In this document: piece after piece, positions 28,039-38,103 of the stretch
Numbering within the stretch: position 1 is the stretch's first letter
Layout: each line of letters begins with the position of its first letter
Source: Minisyncoccota bacterium
GTDB lineage: Bacteria; Patescibacteriota; Minisyncoccia; Phycocordibacterales; UBA9973
Direction: 5' to 3'
Length of the DNA: 64,000 nt
Assembly: GCA_041659785.1 (NCBI GenBank)
Contig: JBAZXO010000003.1
Span: 1,099-65,098, forward strand
Notes under the pieces: model-generated
Database searches by the model: none
Told to the model about the DNA's origin: nothing
The model's input: only the letters and a program-made list of their open reading frames with translations
Made by a program: the position numbers and the translations under genes

Positions 28039-29391
28039 TTATTTTTTTATTCTTACTGTCACTAGATATTTAATAGGATCTATCGTTACACCTGGTATCT
28101 TGTTTGCAAATGGATTTGGCATTTTATATATAAATGGTGTTTCAGATAGATAATCAAAGACAATATATAAATGATAATTTGGGTCCTTCCGAGCAATTGT
28201 TATTTCATTCTCAGAGATAAAAAATCTAAAGGCAATAGATGGAATGTTTCTAACAGCTTTAACTTCTATGTGTTTTTCTGACCCGTCAAAATCAAAAGAT
28301 AATACATCATAGCCTAAAGTATCATCCTTGAGAGAAACTTGTTCAACTTTATTTACCATCTTAGAATAATTTTTATTTAACTCCCCTATTTCATGTTTTA
28401 TAACAATTTTTTCAGCGAAATCTCCAGCTGTTCTGTTATTGCTATCTCGGAGTTCAAAATCAATTTTTTGTAGCCTAGGAGATGTTTTTCTTCTTGTTTT
28501 TACACCTAGATCAGCATCTTCATCAATTTCCATTTCAATTATTTGGGGCTTTATGTTTGAGATATCAGGGAGTTTTAATCCTCCAGTTATAGTATTAACT
28601 ATTTCTTCTTGTTCTTCCGTCGTTTTTTTCTCTAAGCTTTCAATAACCCTTAGATAGTTAGGGTTAATGGTATAAATCTGCCATCCATTGTTTGTATTTA
28701 AATAATTAAAATATCCACTATCACTAAAATCTCGTAGAGAAAAACTCTCTAAAATAATCTCAATATCTTTTTTTGATAGATTAGATGTAATTTTTTCACC
28801 TTCCTTTTTAATATAAGAAGAAATTAGGAGCATGTCAAAAAATCTCTTAACATTATCTGAGAAATCATCAATACTTAATTCTTTGCTTTTTTTATCTAAA
28901 ATATCTGCATAAGTAGTTTTGTTTTTAGAATTTCTGTATTCGTGTATTAAATCTACAACAAAAGGGACTTCATTTTTATCATTTATCCAGCACACAAATA
29001 ACTTATATTCATCAAAAGATATATATTCTAAAGAGTGTAAAAGAGTTAATAACACCTCCATCGGAGCAATTTTAATTGACAAATTATCGTTTAATTTTGG
29101 ACAATCTAAATATACTTTCATTATCTGCTCATCTAAAATCTTTTGTTTATAAAGAGAATTTAAAAAAGTTTCTCCAGCGTTTGAAATTTGTAAATTGTCC
29201 CCACCAAGATTAACTATCAATCCAAGATATCTCAAAGTAATACTATTACGTGTCGTAAGTTCGTGAAAATCATTAGTCAAATCATTATAGATTTTATTTA
29301 CGATATCACTTGTATATTCTTTCTGTTTCGCTTTCTTCCAGAAATTCTTGGTTCCTTTATTGTCTAAATATTTTTTATATTCTTCAATCAT
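28039..29391 (-). CDS. Putative restriction endonuclease: N-terminal recognition-like domain plus DUF3883 (PD-(D/E)XK-type) domain
   Basis: G..AE..V..HE, GYDVLSF...EKHIEVKA, FFISENE, Y.LY.V. Confidence 0.8.
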   Translation of the reverse strand: MIEEYKKYLDNKGTKNFWKKAKQKEYTSDIVNKIYNDLTNDFHELTTRNSITLRYLGLIVNLGGDNLQISNAGETFLNSLYKQKILDEQIMKVYLDCPKLNDNLSIKIAPMEVLLTLLHSLEYISFDEYKLFVCWINDKNEVPFVVDLIHEYRNSKNKTTYADILDKKSKELSIDDFSDNVKRFFDMLLISSYIKKEGEKITSNLSKKDIEIILESFSLRDFSDSGYFNYLNTNNGWQIYTINPNYLRVIESLEKKTTEEQEEIVNTITGGLKLPDISNIKPQIIEMEIDEDADLGVKTRRKTSPRLQKIDFELRDSNNRTAGDFAEKIVIKHEIGELNKNYSKMVNKVEQVSLKDDTLGYDVLSFDFDGSEKHIEVKAVRNIPSIAFRFFISENEITIARKDPNYHLYIVFDYLSETPFIYKMPNPFANKIPGVTIDPIKYLVTVRIKK

Positions 29392-30500
29392 AGTTTTAAA
29401 ACTTTGCGAATCTTTAACGCAATAGATTGTGCTAATAATGGAGGTACTGAATTTCCAATTTGTATACCAACTGAACCCCTACTACCATAAAAGACAAAAT
29501 CATCATCAAAAGATTGTATCCGAGCTGCTTCACGGGGTGTTAGCGCTCGATGTTGTAGTGGATGAGTTACACGACCCACAGAAGGAGTATCGAATCTTGT
29601 GGTTATTGTATATGCAGGTTTGTTCCTGTTAATTCTTCCGAATGCCCCACTGTGTATAGATTTTGTTTGTAGTGCTAATGGTAAACTTGACCTTCCTTCA
29701 CCTTCTTTAATGCTTTTAAGTATCTTAATTATTCTAGGGTCATGTTTAGTCGCTTGGTGGTTATATATCTTTTTACTTTTTCCACGTCTTTCTTTTTGAT
29801 ATTGAGTAAGATTTTTATTAAAAGCATACTCAGATTCAAACTGTCCTGAGCCTGCTGATACCTTTGGTAAATCTAAAATCGTTTCTGCCACAGTTACGTA
29901 TGGTCTTTGTTTTTGAGGACCATGTGTCTTGTCTGGAAAAAAATCTTCAGGATCTATACCTATCCTATTACCTATAAACACTGCCCTTCTTCTTAATTGA
30001 GGAACACCATAATCTGCAGCAAGTAAAACATGAACCTTGGTTTCATATCCAATTTCTTTAAACTTTTTTATTATTTCATTTTTTACAGCTCCTCCGTGGA
30101 TATTTAGCATTGCTGCTACATTTTCCATAACAAATATTTTGGGCTTAACGTCTTTTACTACACGAATAAATTCCTTAAAAAGTTCATTGCGTGGATCATT
30201 TAAAAACGCACCATCATTACGTATTCTGCGACCTGCCATACTAAAACCCTGGCAAGGTGGCCCCCCAACAACAACACAAATATCTTTTTCTCCATTTAGT
30301 AATTCTTTTGAATCTACTTTAGTTATGTCTTCAACGATCATTTTTGTTCCAGGATGATTTTTTATGTAGGTATTAGCAATTTCTGCATTATATTCATTCG
30401 CAGACACTACATCAAAACCAGCCTTCTTAAAACCCACAGAAATACCACCCACTCCTGCGAATAAATCTATTATTTTTAGTTTACTTTTCTTGCCAGCCAT
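29388..30500 (-). CDS. DNA (cytosine-5)-methyltransferase
   Basis: DLFAGVGG, GGPPCQGFS, ENV, QLRRRAVF, REAARIQSF, IGNSVPP. Confidence 0.95.
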   Translation of the reverse strand: MAGKKSKLKIIDLFAGVGGISVGFKKAGFDVVSANEYNAEIANTYIKNHPGTKMIVEDITKVDSKELLNGEKDICVVVGGPPCQGFSMAGRRIRNDGAFLNDPRNELFKEFIRVVKDVKPKIFVMENVAAMLNIHGGAVKNEIIKKFKEIGYETKVHVLLAADYGVPQLRRRAVFIGNRIGIDPEDFFPDKTHGPQKQRPYVTVAETILDLPKVSAGSGQFESEYAFNKNLTQYQKERRGKSKKIYNHQATKHDPRIIKILKSIKEGEGRSSLPLALQTKSIHSGAFGRINRNKPAYTITTRFDTPSVGRVTHPLQHRALTPREAARIQSFDDDFVFYGSRGSVGIQIGNSVPPLLAQSIALKIRKVLKL

Positions 30501-32070
30501 ACTCTTGTAATTTATTTTTTTTATAATTAAAGTTGTTTTTTAATAAGTTTTCTATATTTGTAACTTCACCTTCTTTGTTAGTATACAAATTATTTTCCAC
30601 AATGAAAGGTATTAGTTTCTCATATAAAGAATCAGAAGTCAGATAACCATTATTTTTTTCTATCCAAGATTGAACCTTTCTTACAATATTCTTTTCACCA
30701 TCCTCGTTGTTTAACTTCTTTTCCTTAGCTTTTACTTTCGTATCTTTTATAAAATTATAAACAAAATCACCCCTCAATGTATTGTTTCTATTGAGTCCCT
30801 GCGTACCAGAGGCAACAGCCTGTTCTTGATAAACAACGTTTATAAGATGAAAACCAGCACTAGTCACAGCATCCATTACAGCCTTCCAAATATTTAGATT
30901 TCTATTGTGGAAAGTAAATGAGAGATACTTTTCATCCTTTAAAACTCTATATAATTCAGCATAGACCTTTTTCATTCTTGATGAATAATCTTCGTATTTT
31001 TTATTACGATACGGATCATATATAATTTCACTTTCATAATTTACTTTATTTCTAAGCCACCCATTCCAAAACATACTTAACCCTAAATAAGCAATACTAT
31101 CACCGTAGGGTGGATCAGTAAATATATATGAAACAGATTCTGATTTAATATTTTTTAGATTAGTAGCATCAATATTAAAGATTTGAGCATCCTTTGAGTT
31201 AAATATTCCTGCTACTTCTTGTTTGCCTTTTTTGATTTTATGGAATCGATGCTTAAAACTATTAAAAATATTTTTTTCTGTATGAATTTTTGGAGCCCAT
31301 AATTTACTAATAACCCACCCCGACTTGCCATTAACTGATTCGGGATTACCAGGTATCATTTTAGAAACGTTTGGCAACATGGAAGTAAAACATAAAAGTA
31401 TTAGATTTTTAACTTTTTGGTCCTTAATTTCATCTATGTCTTTAATTATTGAACCAAGCACCACTAATGCACGATCTGTAAAAAATTCATTCAGCTTACT
31501 TTTCCCATTTCTCTTAACAAATTTTAAAATTTCGTCTTTCGGATAGAAGATTTTATTTTCCTTATCTAATTTATGGAAAACCTCTGTTGCTTTTTTAAAA
31601 ACTTTCTGGTCATACGAGTCTACATTTTTTATGAACTTACCACAGCTATGGCATAATGCTCTAATTTTCGAGAATTCTTCGTGATCCCAAATTGAATTTT
31701 CAAAGGCTGTAATTCCACCACACTTAGGACATTTAGTATTATATAATTCAATAAACTTTTTATAGTTCTTTTCGTATATATAATCAAATGCTTTTTCAAA
31801 TTCTTCTAAGTTAACGTTATTTATTGTATTTTCAGTAATAAAACAAGCCATAGGATTTAAATCTATTCCTATCGCCTTACGATTATTTTTAATTGATTCA
31901 ATAATAACGACCCCACTTCCCATAAAGGGATCAAGAACCGTTTCCCCTGGCTTTGAAAAATTCAAAATATAGTCACTCACTACATTGTGTGGTTTTCTCC
32001 CCCAATACTTATGCATCATGTAGTGAGTTGGGTGAGTTTTTGCGGTAATGTTTTTATTTATTTTATTCAT
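30481..32070 (-). CDS. DNA amino-methyltransferase (N6-adenine/N4-cytosine) with zinc-ribbon insert
   Basis: HKYWGRKP, VLDPFMGSG (motif I), CPKC/CHSC, FTDPPY (motif IV). Confidence 0.88.
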   Translation of the reverse strand: MNKINKNITAKTHPTHYMMHKYWGRKPHNVVSDYILNFSKPGETVLDPFMGSGVVIIESIKNNRKAIGIDLNPMACFITENTINNVNLEEFEKAFDYIYEKNYKKFIELYNTKCPKCGGITAFENSIWDHEEFSKIRALCHSCGKFIKNVDSYDQKVFKKATEVFHKLDKENKIFYPKDEILKFVKRNGKSKLNEFFTDRALVVLGSIIKDIDEIKDQKVKNLILLCFTSMLPNVSKMIPGNPESVNGKSGWVISKLWAPKIHTEKNIFNSFKHRFHKIKKGKQEVAGIFNSKDAQIFNIDATNLKNIKSESVSYIFTDPPYGDSIAYLGLSMFWNGWLRNKVNYESEIIYDPYRNKKYEDYSSRMKKVYAELYRVLKDEKYLSFTFHNRNLNIWKAVMDAVTSAGFHLINVVYQEQAVASGTQGLNRNNTLRGDFVYNFIKDTKVKAKEKKLNNEDGEKNIVRKVQSWIEKNNGYLTSDSLYEKLIPFIVENNLYTNKEGEVTNIENLLKNNFNYKKNKLQEYGWQEK

Positions 32071-32131
32071 ACGAATTAAACGTCATAATATTTGTTATCA
32101 CACAATAGATAAAAAATTGATTCAATATCAA

Positions 32132-34606
32132 TTACCGCCCTTGTTCATGATAACTTAAAATATCCTTATCTGAGTATAACATATTTAAATACAATTCTGG
32201 AGCATTTTCTGTATACATAATGAGTTTTCCTGAATAATAAAGCTCCTTAAACTTTTTCACCCTTTCCCTAACTTCAGTTATATATTCTGGCCTAATTTTT
32301 ATGCCGTTTTTGTCTTTTTCGAGATATTTATTGTAATGAACAATCCCATAAAATCTTGGATCAATATGATTCTTTGTTTCAAGAAGTTTTTGTATCTGAT
32401 GTCTTTCTTCGTCTTCTCTAAATCGTAATATTCTTTCTACAACCTCCTTTGATTCAGTGTGCTCTTTTGTGATTGCTAAAAAAGTATTAAATTCAAATTT
32501 GCTAATAAATGGGTCCGAACCATAATCATCTAGTAATTGTATTAAAACATCATATATAAATAAAAATGGATAGATTTTAAAATCTTTAAAAGAAACACGT
32601 TTTGTTGATTCAATATATTTATTATAAGAACCATAAATTGGATTCCAATATAATATTTTTTCAAGTTGTAAAGTAAGAATGTCTTGATAAATATCCACAT
32701 TTGAGAAATCTTTTGTCTTTTTACAAATTTCTTCAAATGAAATTGTCGGTTTGAGTGGAGATTCAGCTGATATAAAACCACTGATCTTGCTTAACATTAA
32801 AGCACGGAAACCTGCTGTCATATTTTTACCAGGATATTTATCATTAACAATCTTTTGTATTTTTTTTATAAATTCTTTTTCATCTATATTTGGATTATCT
32901 TTGATAATTTTAATCCCCTCAAAGTTAACTTGAAAATACTGATTCTGTTGCCCACGTTTCCAATATAAATTATCTTTTGTCCACTTGTCTAAGTATATTG
33001 AATACTCTCTCCATTCTTTTGCAATTACGTCATTTCTTATATCTTTCGAATATACAACTTCATTGCTTTTGAATATCTCAACAACTTCAGCATCAAAAAT
33101 AACTTCACATCCATTTAAGTCATAGATAAAAAGATCTTTTCCATCTTTATGGATTTTTTTAAGTCCTCTAACCCCATTTTTTATATCAAGTCCTTCAAGA
33201 ATTAAATTTGCAGTACGATAATTCCCTATGAAATCAAGAATCAAAACATTTTCTTTTTTAGGAGCAACACGTAAACCACGACCCATATGTTGAATAAATA
33301 TTGTTTTTGATTCTGTGGGCCTTAAAAATAACAAACAAGAAACATCAGGAATATCGACACCTTCGTTGAACATATCTACAACAAAAGCCACCTGACATTT
33401 ACCATCTCTAAAGTGTTTTATTAATAAAGTTTTATCTTTATCTTCAACTCCTTCAAGCCCTAGGCTACGAGAATGTACGGCAATCGCATTAATACCTGCA
33501 GATTTAAATTTAGTAGCACATCTTTCAGCATGTTCTATGGATGCACAAAAACCTATAGTTTTTCTATCACCAACAACTTCTTTAAATTTTTTTAAAATAG
33601 CTTGATCTCTTTCATCAATCAAAAGATGCTTATTAAGGTCCTTAGTATCATACTTAAATCCATTAAAATATATGTCGGAATAATCAATACTATCTTTAAA
33701 TCAAAAATATTGGAAAGGTACTAAATAACCTTGCTCTATGGCCTGTTCCTGCCCCATCTCAAATACAACATTGTTGTTATAAAATCCTAATATATCTTTT
33801 CGATCCATTCGATCTGGTGTTGCTGTTAATCCTAGAAAAAATTTCGGTTTAAAATAAGAAAATATTAATCCATAGGTAGGTGCAGCAGTATGATGTGTCT
33901 CGTCTATAATTATATAATCGAAATAGTCTGGAGAAAAACTTTCAATATGTTTCTTTTTACCTAATGTTTGTATAGACGCAAATAATATTTTTTTATCTTT
34001 CTCTTTCTGTTTTCCATTATAAAAACCAAGGTCATTTTTTCTACCAGGAAAGACTCGCTCGAATGATTCTTTGGTTTGCTTAAGAATTTCATTAATATGA
34101 ACAACAAAAAGTATTTTCGAGGCTTTAGTGTCTTTTGCATCTAAAGCAGACAATATTGTTTTACCTAAACCTGTTGCAAGTATTACGACAGCCCTATCTG
34201 ATCCGTTTTCCCTTGTTGTATTAAGATTAACAAGTGCCTTTTCTTGAGCTTCGTGTGGTTTAATTTCTTTTCCTCTCTTTAGATAAAGATTAAAAAGTTC
34301 TTCGTCTGCTATAAATTGTCTTCGTAAAAAGTATTTTACTTTTTCTCTATCTTTTGTAATCAAGTCACTACCAATAGTTATTGTTTTAAGTAATAATTGA
34401 TTTGTACTTACTAACTGGCTAGTTCCCTCTTTACTTTCATTGAAATTTATTAAATAACTAGCATAATCTGTTTTTATCTCTAACAGAGCAACATCACCAT
34501 CGGTGATGTTTGTAATGTGTTTTTTAAAATTTGTACTTAAATCATCAAAAAGAATCTCGAGGAGATTTTTTAAATCTATATTTTTAATATCAGAAAGTAA
34601 ATTCAT
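32132..34606 (-). pseudogene. SF2 (ResIII/DEAD-like) helicase fused to a recognition-like C-terminal domain; single in-frame TGA at 33701-33703
   Basis: ORFs 33701-34606 (ATGLGKT, DETHH, GLTATP) and 32132-33622 (FNEGVDIP, LRPTES, QHMGRGLR) are in the same frame with an open 78-nt gap: PFQYF*FKDSIDYS. Confidence 0.8.
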
Positions 34607-34609
34607 GGA

Positions 34610-36802
34610 TTATTTATTATCCAGGGTCTCACTAGCAAAAATTGCAGTGTGCATATTTTTAGGAGTAAGAATTACTGGCCACCAGAATGGTGAACCCATC
34701 CAGCCTTGTTCTTCTTTGCCATTTACTCTAATTAACATTAATACTGGAATGTCATCTGCTATCCTTTTAGCAATAGTAAGGGCCACTTCTCCAGTACCAG
34801 ATCCAGCATCGTCTGTAAATCTGCCATCTGATTTACAACGAGATAAATTACTATCAGTTCTCACCACAACTCCAACTTTTCCGTTTTGTGAAATACTGAC
34901 CGAGTTTTTTGATAAATGTTCTATACTTGCTTTAAAAGCCTTAACATCCCATTCATACCCATTTTGTTCAGAAATAAAAGTCTTTTTTATTTTATCTAAA
35001 ATAGAAAGGGATTGCTCAACTGGAATTAAAAAATGATCTGATGTTGTTTCAGCTTGTAACCCTAAAATTTCTTTATCTAAATCCTCTATATCTTTTTTTA
35101 TGTTACTTTTATAACCCGTCTGGAAACCAATAGGTAAAAGTCTTTTGTGGGGTTTAAGAGTAGTTATACTAGAAAGCATTATTTTGTTAGGCGAACAAGG
35201 TACAAGTTTATCACTCGTGTCTTTGCGTATAAAATAAATACCATTATTATGTGAACCATTTAGAAAAGCCTCCCTTAATGCATTATCAAATTCATGTATG
35301 CGTTTCATTACTTCATAGATACTACGAGTCGTATATAAACGAGTTACTGCTAAGTCCTCTTTAGATCTAGCACCATACATGCGACAGTGCTGTAAGACAG
35401 TGTCTTGCTGAAATTTTTTAGGATTTCTACCATAGTAAAAACCTATCATGTTTTTAATCGTAATCCCACGATCCAAAATTTGACCTCCTATAAAAATATT
35501 TAGTGGAGTTCTTAATCTAAGCTGTCCCTTGCTGTCCAAGAGCGCTTTTACATCTTTATCTGAATTAACTTTTTCTACTACAAGCATCCCTTTTGTTAAA
35601 ACATCTGATACTTCATGCAAAACAACAGAAAAAATTGGTAACTGCAACCCAGAAAGTTCCACAGATGGTTTTAAATCATTGTATGCTTCCTCAACTAGAA
35701 CATTAAATAATGCTTGGTCCTCTTTTGCAATCCTAACTAGTTCTTCGTTAAGTTTATTCACAACTTCTTCTTGCCAATTATGAGAATTTCTAGATTGTTC
35801 AGTGTGAATTAGAAAACTATAATTTTCTTGTTTTTCTCCTTTATTTTCTTGCTGAATGCGACGTATACTACCACCAACAATAAAATTCATTATTGAATTT
35901 CTAATTGTTCTTGTAGATGGACTTGTAAAAACTTCTTCTATCTTGAAAGATCTACGATCGGCCCTTTTAAGAGTCTTCCTTACTTTCAAAATTTCTAATT
36001 CCTCAATTGGAACCTCTTTGTAAACATGAAATGCTGTCGTTCCCTCTTCCTCGCTTTCAATAAAATAGTAATCACCTCCCACATAATCTTTATGGATAGG
36101 AACTAACACAGTGAAAGCTGGTCGTTTGGGTAAAAAAAGTGATTCTGAATCTTCGCTATCATCCGATTGTAAATATAACGAATATGGTGTTGCTGTGACT
36201 TGTAATAAATCTGATTGTTTAACCGTGTTTCGTATATCGTCTATTTGTTGAGCAATTTTTCCTTGTTCAATTGAACCACTTTCTTTTTCTTTATGAAAGC
36301 TAATGCTTGCAAAATCTGCTTCGTCGTCAATTATGAGAATCTTTTTATTTTTTAAATCAGGATAAGTGGTAGTAAGTGTGCTTAACACATGTCTAAGATT
36401 ATTAGTTTCTTTCTTTGCAACAATAATCAACTTTTGACTTAACTCATATGGCACCATATTTTTAGGGAAAAGCATGATGTCATGTATTTGAACTTTACTA
36501 TCCTCCTCGAATACCTGAAAATCCTCATGTAATCTTTTTAATGTCTGTTCAGTAAGTGGCTTAGTACCTTTTGTAAGTATTATCGTAATATCGTAATCAT
36601 TATCAAATGCCAAAGCCATTACACCCAAAAAAGCACGAGTTTTTCCACTCTGCACCTTACCAAGTAAAATACCAGGCTTTTTCAAGTTTGTGTCAGAATC
36701 AATCAGTTTAACAACAGTTTCTTCTATACAACTTTTTAAAGAGTCATCATCTTTTCGTTTATTGGTTAGAGTATTATAAAAATATCCTTTTTTCATATTC
36801 AT
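34610..36802 (-). CDS. Z1 domain-containing protein with SF2 helicase-like N-terminus
   Basis: GKVQSGKT, IIDDEAD, TATP, IFIGGQILDRGITI...YYGR...QDTVLQHCRMYG.R. Confidence 0.88.
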   Translation of the reverse strand: MNMKKGYFYNTLTNKRKDDDSLKSCIEETVVKLIDSDTNLKKPGILLGKVQSGKTRAFLGVMALAFDNDYDITIILTKGTKPLTEQTLKRLHEDFQVFEEDSKVQIHDIMLFPKNMVPYELSQKLIIVAKKETNNLRHVLSTLTTTYPDLKNKKILIIDDEADFASISFHKEKESGSIEQGKIAQQIDDIRNTVKQSDLLQVTATPYSLYLQSDDSEDSESLFLPKRPAFTVLVPIHKDYVGGDYYFIESEEEGTTAFHVYKEVPIEELEILKVRKTLKRADRRSFKIEEVFTSPSTRTIRNSIMNFIVGGSIRRIQQENKGEKQENYSFLIHTEQSRNSHNWQEEVVNKLNEELVRIAKEDQALFNVLVEEAYNDLKPSVELSGLQLPIFSVVLHEVSDVLTKGMLVVEKVNSDKDVKALLDSKGQLRLRTPLNIFIGGQILDRGITIKNMIGFYYGRNPKKFQQDTVLQHCRMYGARSKEDLAVTRLYTTRSIYEVMKRIHEFDNALREAFLNGSHNNGIYFIRKDTSDKLVPCSPNKIMLSSITTLKPHKRLLPIGFQTGYKSNIKKDIEDLDKEILGLQAETTSDHFLIPVEQSLSILDKIKKTFISEQNGYEWDVKAFKASIEHLSKNSVSISQNGKVGVVVRTDSNLSRCKSDGRFTDDAGSGTGEVALTIAKRIADDIPVLMLIRVNGKEEQGWMGSPFWWPVILTPKNMHTAIFASETLDNK

Positions 36803-36984
36803 ATCATAATTAATTAAATCTCAATACTAACTAAGATTTTTATATTTCAAAACACTCTAAAAAGTATAGCACTTTCAGCTTAATTTTTAAAGGGTTTTTA
36901 GGTAAATTTCGAAATAGACATTTAATAGAACTGTAGTAAAACTAATTTGTTTTTATTTATTTTTTATGTTATAATATATTCATA

Positions 36985-37370
36985 CGATTGAAAAAGTTAG
37001 CTGTTAAAAGACAACAAACTTCACCCCCGAGCATAAAGATTTAAGATATAAGGTTAAGTTGAGTTATGTATAAAGATTTAAGATTAAAGATAAAGTTATG
37101 TTATGGAAAACATTAACAAATCTTTGTTTTTGGGGAACTCAAATAAAAAAAACTCCAATAAAACCTTGTATTACGATTGATATCCGAATATGAGGCAAAC
37201 CACTAATGAGAGATTCAGGTGTTGATGAAAGAGAGCTGGGAAAATGGTGTTCGACTTCCACCCAGCCTTGTGATCAGCATCGGAGTCTCACTGATTGATA
37301 TAGGAATAATTAAGTAAAGTAACGACATATCACCGATATTACTTTATGAAGGGGGTTCGCTATTTAAATC
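36985..37370 (+). ncRNA. Candidate large structured non-coding RNA
   Basis: No ORF; TGtTATAAT at 36967-36975; several nested stems with G-U pairs that favour the plus strand. Confidence 0.45.
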
Positions 37371-37529
37371 ACACTGTTAATTGCATATCTATTATTTTTG
37401 AGCAAATTTTATTTAACACCTATACGTATTATAAATATTCTAAGTTACGGTGTTTCGAATAACGAGAAGCTAAAAAACACATCCAAATCTCTATCAAGGG
37501 GTAAGTCGAGCTCGTACCCTAAAGAGTAT

Positions 37530-37661
37530 TTATTTAGCTCGCCTAAACCCATAATCAACCCCACTCTTTAATGGAGGTGGTATTTTAATAGTAAACTCAA
37601 AAGGAATAAATTTATCAGTTATAGAATGTCGTGGTGTGCCTGCTCCATTCCAATTGATAGT
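37530..37661 (-). other. Orphan 43-codon frame that would form the recombinase C-terminus in the excised (attP) form
   Basis: In frame with recombinase codons across the att repeat: TINWNGAGTPRHSITDKFIPFEFTIKIPPPLKSGVDYGFRRAK*. Confidence 0.7.
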
Positions 37662-37718
37662 GACATAAGAAAACTGTAGCAAATTACAAGCTAAAAATAA
37701 AGAATATATTTAAAAAAT

Positions 37719-38090
37719 TTATTTTGCTTTTAAAATATATTCTTTAACTTTCTCTATCAATTCATTTATAGGATGCTGAGTCTTAACCATATAGTCTACT
37801 GCACCTAGCTGAAGTGCTTCTTTTATTTTACTATCTTCACCTAAATTAGACATAACTATCACTGGTATATTACGTAAATCTTCATCTGCTTTCAACTGTG
37901 ACAATACCTCCATGCCGTTTACTTTAGGTAAAAGAATATCCAAGAGGATAGCATCAGGTCTATTTTTCTTTACTAGAGGCAAGACTACACTACCATCTTT
38001 CGCGAGAATAACTTTGAAATTTTTTTCTTCAAATTTTTCTTGAAGGACACTACTCAATATATCTTCATCTTCAACTATAAGTATTGTCAT
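37719..38090 (-). CDS. Single-domain response regulator (CheY-like receiver)
   Basis: ILIVEDE, LLDILLP..NG, GAVDYMVK. Confidence 0.9.
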   Translation of the reverse strand: MTILIVEDEDILSSVLQEKFEEKNFKVILAKDGSVVLPLVKKNRPDAILLDILLPKVNGMEVLSQLKADEDLRNIPVIVMSNLGEDSKIKEALQLGAVDYMVKTQHPINELIEKVKEYILKAK

Positions 38091-38103
38091 AATATTTTAT
38101 AAA

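Larger units (their letters stand above)
20677..37663. mobile_element. ~17 kb integrative genomic island inserted in the 5' end of ychF
   Basis: Direct repeat ATTCC(G/A)ATTGATAGTGA at 20677-20693 and 37647-37663 (16/17 identical); serine recombinase at one end; orphan ychF start ATG TCA CTA TCA ATT GGA at 37666; defence cargo. Confidence 0.9.

Noticed and set aside
33701-33703. Island uses genetic code 25 (TGA = Gly)
   Set aside because: Only one internal TGA was seen among the island's long ORFs, and the m5C MTase appears to end at a TGA overlapping the next ATG; a point mutation or error is simpler
28039-36802. Assignment to DISARM, BREX or Type I/III RM
   Set aside because: No DUF1998, PLD, PglZ or HsdS-like gene recognised, and the arrangement is not a simple Mod-Res pair
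37245-37262. tRNA gene suggested by GTTCGA...CCA
   Set aside because: No cloverleaf with D-arm and anticodon arm could be built; kept only as part of the ncRNA candidate
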